From assembly GCA_010015585.1 (NCBI GenBank), contig ML975156.1: a stretch of 64,000 bases of DNA; one strand, 5' to 3'. Below are positions 59,758 through 64,000 of this stretch, piece by piece. The translations under genes and the position numbers were made by a program. Under the pieces are notes generated by a model. The model had not been told where the DNA came from. It saw nothing but the letters and a program-made list of their open reading frames with translations, and ran no database searches. Position 1 is the first letter of the stretch. Each line of letters begins with the position of its first letter. This DNA comes from Eremomyces bilateralis CBS 781.70. Taxonomy: Eukaryota.

Positions 59758-60808
59758 GAGTTGGTGCAATGGTAACCAGATGAGGGCTGCTAAGCGCCAG
59801 TCTTCACTTGTCAAAAGGATAGCCTGAGTAGTGGTTGACGGATCTGTCAAGTAGTAGAGCGGATTGGGCTTATAGAGATAGAAGAAGGTATATAGAAGGA
59901 TAGTATTTAAGAGTCGAACAGATATTCCAAGCCAAATATCAGAGAACATCCGTGGTTCTGGGAGCTTTCGTTTGCTTTCGAATTGGACCGTGATCATATC
60001 AGGAATGAGCAGCACTGTTCCCGACAGACTTCCCCGGGTACATCCGACCTGTAAGATACCAGTAAGCATCGGTAGTCCGATGCAGGGTATCTGAGGCAAT
60101 GAGGAAGGCCAGTGTGCTGTTGTAGACATTGGAACGGGATATGTCCACAGACGACGAGCTTCCTCACTTCAAATCCAGTCGGTCGTCGGTATTGTGCAGA
60201 CAATAAGTCGAAGTTGAACGCCCAGTAGCCAATTAGCCTCCAGTTGGGGTGGTCCAACGATCTGGAGGGTGTGACGAAGAGCAAACAATCGCTGGGCACA
60301 GAGTGATTTGCCGGTTCGACTAACGCATCCAGGAAAGACACAGCCGCTGCTCAGCGATATAAGATATTTCTTTTCAATGGGAAGTGGGTTGAGAGTTGCG
60401 GAAGTACATGTAAAGTACTAAAGAGATGTCGCGTGCCCTTTTCTATACCCGCTTCAAGTTGTGATGGAGATGTGACAGTATACAGGAATTGATGAAACGA
60501 GACCGGCAGAAACATCCAAGTTATCCGAAGTGTTGCGGTTCCGGTGATTCAGTCGAAGAATTACTAGCGGTCTGATACGCCATGATGCAACGACTGTATA
60601 CGTTGATAACTAGGTCTCGGGAGCGGCGTTTAAAACTCACCAGACGGTTCAATACCCCTGACATTTGCAAAACTAGAGTACCGATCAGATGGATGTGTTC
60701 AGAGTCGCATTTCCTTCAAAATAATGGACTGATATAGTCAGAGCATTTACTTCAACAATTGGACCCTTGATAGACACGGTGAAGGAAGAATAACATCGGT
60801 TTCCATGG

Positions 60809-61244
60809 CTAATCCTCGTTGTTCGGGCTTCTCCTCCGCGGGCCATCGTCCTCGCTACTCGTGCCCTCGGGCGTCTCCATGGCCTTGTTCAGTATCGCGT
60901 CTTCAACGACCTCCGGGACATTCGGCAGCGGCGCTCTCGGTAAACTGAGGTCCCGCCGCTCCCCGTCCGGTCGCTCCGTAAGGCTCGGTGCTGTCGGACG
61001 CTGTCGCCCGCGCGCGCGACCACCCACGACGGGGATCTCGTACATGATGAAGCGTAGGATATACAAGAGGACGTCGTACGCGAGGATGACGACCCATGGC
61101 CCGATCGTGAGGAGCGCAAGCATCAGCTGACGAGGATCAGTCGGCGGTTCAATGAGGAGGATGACCGTGATGACATACAAAGAAGCGAGTGAGCCATGCC
61201 TCAACGTTGGTCCAGTCCGATGGGAGGATGGAAAACCAGCTCAT
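60809..61244 (-). CDS. Small conserved fungal membrane protein
   Basis: MSWFSILPSDWTNVEAWLTRFF|LMLALLTIGPWVVILAYDVLLYILR...PVVGGRARGRQRP. Intron 61127-61178. Confidence 0.7.
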
Positions 61245-61940
61245 TTTGCATGGCAATGAGGGAGGTCCGGCTGCAAGGCGGCGGTGGAGAGGCGAACCGG
61301 TGCTGCTACGTGTGTATGCTCCAAATAGCAAGAGTGTTGGACGTTGGAAAGCATACGGAATCGGGCTGCTCGGAGCAACACCGACTGGAAACGGGAAAGG
61401 ATACGAGTGGTGCGGTTGTCTGGCTCCAATATCTGGGCCGAAGGCCCTTTTACTCCCTTCAAGTTATTCCCCCATTGCACTGGAGTTGGAACTTGGAGTC
61501 AGGAGCGAAAGCGTAACTGCGTAATAACTCGGCTGTGTAAGCAACAGACAGCCCAGCCGCCTAATTAGGACTCTGGAAGTGAATGAATGGAGGGGACTAG
61601 CGGTCTACCCAATCAGAAGCTCGCATCTCAGGTCCCTTCCTACTCTCCAAGACCCCTGCCCCATCCCATCCATAATTCCAAGGCATCTGATACTAATACG
61701 ATGTGGCTTCTTGAGGTTGAGAATTAAACAGGACGACGACATTATTGGAAACCTCCGCCCGCGTTGTGAAGGCGAATGAGCTGTTCTCTCGGTTCTAGAA
61801 GGCAATCCCCCTTCTGGTGTTCCAGCCGTCCCTGAAAACGTTGACCTCCCGACGATTCACGGCCGACCTGACGAACGACCACCTATCAACCTAAACGCGA
61901 GCTCAAACATCCACTATCCTTCCACCGAAAACCGAAGAAA

Positions 61941-62523
61941 ATGTTCGGCCAACTAGCCTCCCTCCAGCCCCGGCAGATCGCCGCCCAGATCCTCAACTTC
62001 GCCCTGGTCCTCTCGACCGCGTTCATGCTCTGGAAAGGGCTGTCCGTTGCAACGAACTCGCCGTCGCCGATCGTTGTGGTCCTGTCCGGGAGCATGGAGC
62101 CGGCGTTCCAGCGCGGCGACTTACTCTTTCTCTGGAATCGGGGGATGGACACGCAGGTCGGGGAGATCGTGGTGTACAACGTCAAAGGGAAGGATATCCC
62201 GATCGTACATCGTGTCATTCGACGGTTTGACGGAGGGTGAGTCGTTCCATCCCACTGCACGCCGATGGTCCCTTCGGGTCTGACTTTGCGACAGTTCGAA
62301 ACCGCTCCAGCTTCTCACAAAGGGCGACAACAACGTCGCGGACGATACGGAGCTCTATGCGCGCGGCCAGCGGTTCCTGACCCGCGAGACCGATGTCATT
62401 GGCAGCGTGCGGGGGTTCGTGCCCCTCGTTGGCTACGTGACGATCCTGTTGAGCGAATACCCGTGGCTGAAAACCGTGATGCTTGGGCTTATGGGCTTGA
62501 CGGTGGTATTGCAGAGAGAATGA
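61941..62523 (+). CDS. SEC11: Signal peptidase complex catalytic subunit
   Basis: Motifs [38 protein letters not shown]. Intron 62237-62294. Confidence 0.96.
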
Positions 62524-63072
62524 TCATTGCACTTGGCAGGACGGGCATCAGGGCATTGGTACGGCGCACGTGGAGTTTAGTACCGAGCAAGCGTTCTTTG
62601 GATTGGATGATAAGCCGTGTATGAAAAGGGGAATGCCTTTCCATTTTTGCTTTACAATGACACCGACCTTGAGTATCATCGAGATTCGATTCTAACACGT
62701 CCAGATCAATGATTGATACTGGATGGAACAAAAGGCCCTGATGCCTCCTAAGGCACCATATATTCAGCTCCAGCGCAACTGGACAGCATCCGATGTTCCA
62801 GGTTTTCAGTCGTCATGGTCAGTGAGCAGCTCCGGGCGGTCCAAAATCAAAATATCAGAGACAAAGCAGCGGATGACAAAGATCAATTATACTTTACCTC
62901 TCCAAGCATATTGCTTATAAAGCCGTACTTCTTTTCCGCACCGTAAGAGATATCTTAAGCCTTGAGCGAATTCTGGTTGGCCCCAGCAGCAGTGGGTATC
63001 CATCCACAACGCTGCCAACCCGGGGCATTCGGGTTTGTCGCCTCTATTCTTCGGACTTAGTGAGGATATTGG

Positions 63073-63800
63073 CTGAAGTGCATCATAAGCCAGTCAACGG
63101 CGACTAGGCGGAAAGGAGGGTGCATCACCGTGCATGGCTATTGGCCTGGTTCATCCGATGTTGATCTAGGGCGAGATGCAGCAAGCTACCATCGCTGGCT
63201 GCAACCGTCATGGATTCCTGATACTGACGGTACTTTACATGTACAACTTACCAGGCACCGATAAATTATTCGTGGGACGGAAGTGAAACGCCCTGTGGCC
63301 TGTTTACATGCCGTATGTCAGTGCGACAGGCAGGCAGCGGTAAATTTCGCCGAAACACGCCCAGGGAGTCTGTCATTCCTGGCCTCCTGGCCCCTGGGGA
63401 TAGAATCTAAATGGACGGTACGTACTACTGGGCTTCTGGTCGCCTGAAGCGGGCTGAGGACGGCATGCTGTGTGGGCTTGTGCACTGGGAAGAAGCCTGC
63501 AATCAATAGATGATACCATGAAAGTCATGGGTTAGTACATTGTCGCCGGGTGATAATTACCGGTACAATACCGGTGCAGTATTACAATTAGATGGAATGC
63601 TGCGAAGAGTGCTAACTGGGTGGACGATGTTGGGGAATATCTTGAATAATATACGGGATGATAAGAAACGTAGGTACACACTACGGACGAGTATAGATTA
63701 CCCGATGGCAGCCTTCAGAGGTCATACCAACCTCCACGTTTTTTAGGAGGGGTGCGGTGGTGATGGACGACGATGACGGTTGGATGGGTGTTACGCGCGG
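63073..63800 (-). ncRNA. Candidate spliced non-coding transcript (multi-intron, short exons)
   Basis: Minus-strand introns 63497-63727 (GTATGA, TACTAAC, TGCAG), 63300-63425 (GTACGT, ACTGAC, AACAG) and 63073-63251 (GTAAGT, GTTGAC, TTCAG). In the exons I translated, the only AUG-initiated ORF is 13 codons. Confidence 0.4.
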
Positions 63801-63947
63801 TGGAAGTCTGGAAGGATCTGCCTCCTCACGTCTCATGCTTTGCAGAGGGAAAATCCGGTCTGGGGCGACTCAGCTCATTCAGTCAGTTCACGTCCGGCTG
63901 GCGTTGGTGGCAGGTTTCATTCAGGCCGGATTCTGTTTGGCTGCTGT

Positions 63948-63985
63948 GCAGGTCACTTGCAGGTCACTTGCAGGTCACTTGCAGG
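63948..63985. repeat. 11-bp tandem repeat (GCAGGTCACTT)x3
   Basis: Directly visible. Confidence 0.85.
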
Positions 63986-64000
63986 CCTCATGCCTTCATC

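Overview
Eukaryotic nuclear DNA from a filamentous ascomycete (Pezizomycotina-type). It is gene-dense, with short GT-AG introns (about 45-65 nt) and CTRAC/CTAAC branch points. About 27 protein-coding genes were reconstructed by manual splicing. Housekeeping blocks: Vip1-like RRM protein, pantothenate kinase, ILV2, TRAPPC12-like, CCDC174-like and HOM6; then RPB10, UTP17, a PHD protein, BRF1, a LON-RING ligase and SEC11. An accessory-looking stretch at 13.3-27.7 kb holds a CFEM protein, F-box protein, multicopper oxidase, MDR reductase, Fig1, a Pro-rich possible pseudogene and an MBL hydrolase. Most notable observations: (i) two ORF-less minus-strand loci (27.8-28.9 kb, 63.0-63.8 kb) with several unusually long introns and tiny exons, candidate spliced non-coding RNAs; (ii) an RBR E3 ligase with tandem ubiquitin-like domains and a degenerate RING2; (iii) a SET-domain protein with a signal peptide; (iv) a secreted alpha/beta-hydrolase with a Gly-rich repeat; (v) a possible non-canonical splice donor in the laccase; (vi) a MuDR-like domain gene at the left edge that the ORF track misses. 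All calls come from reading the sequence; no database searches were run.
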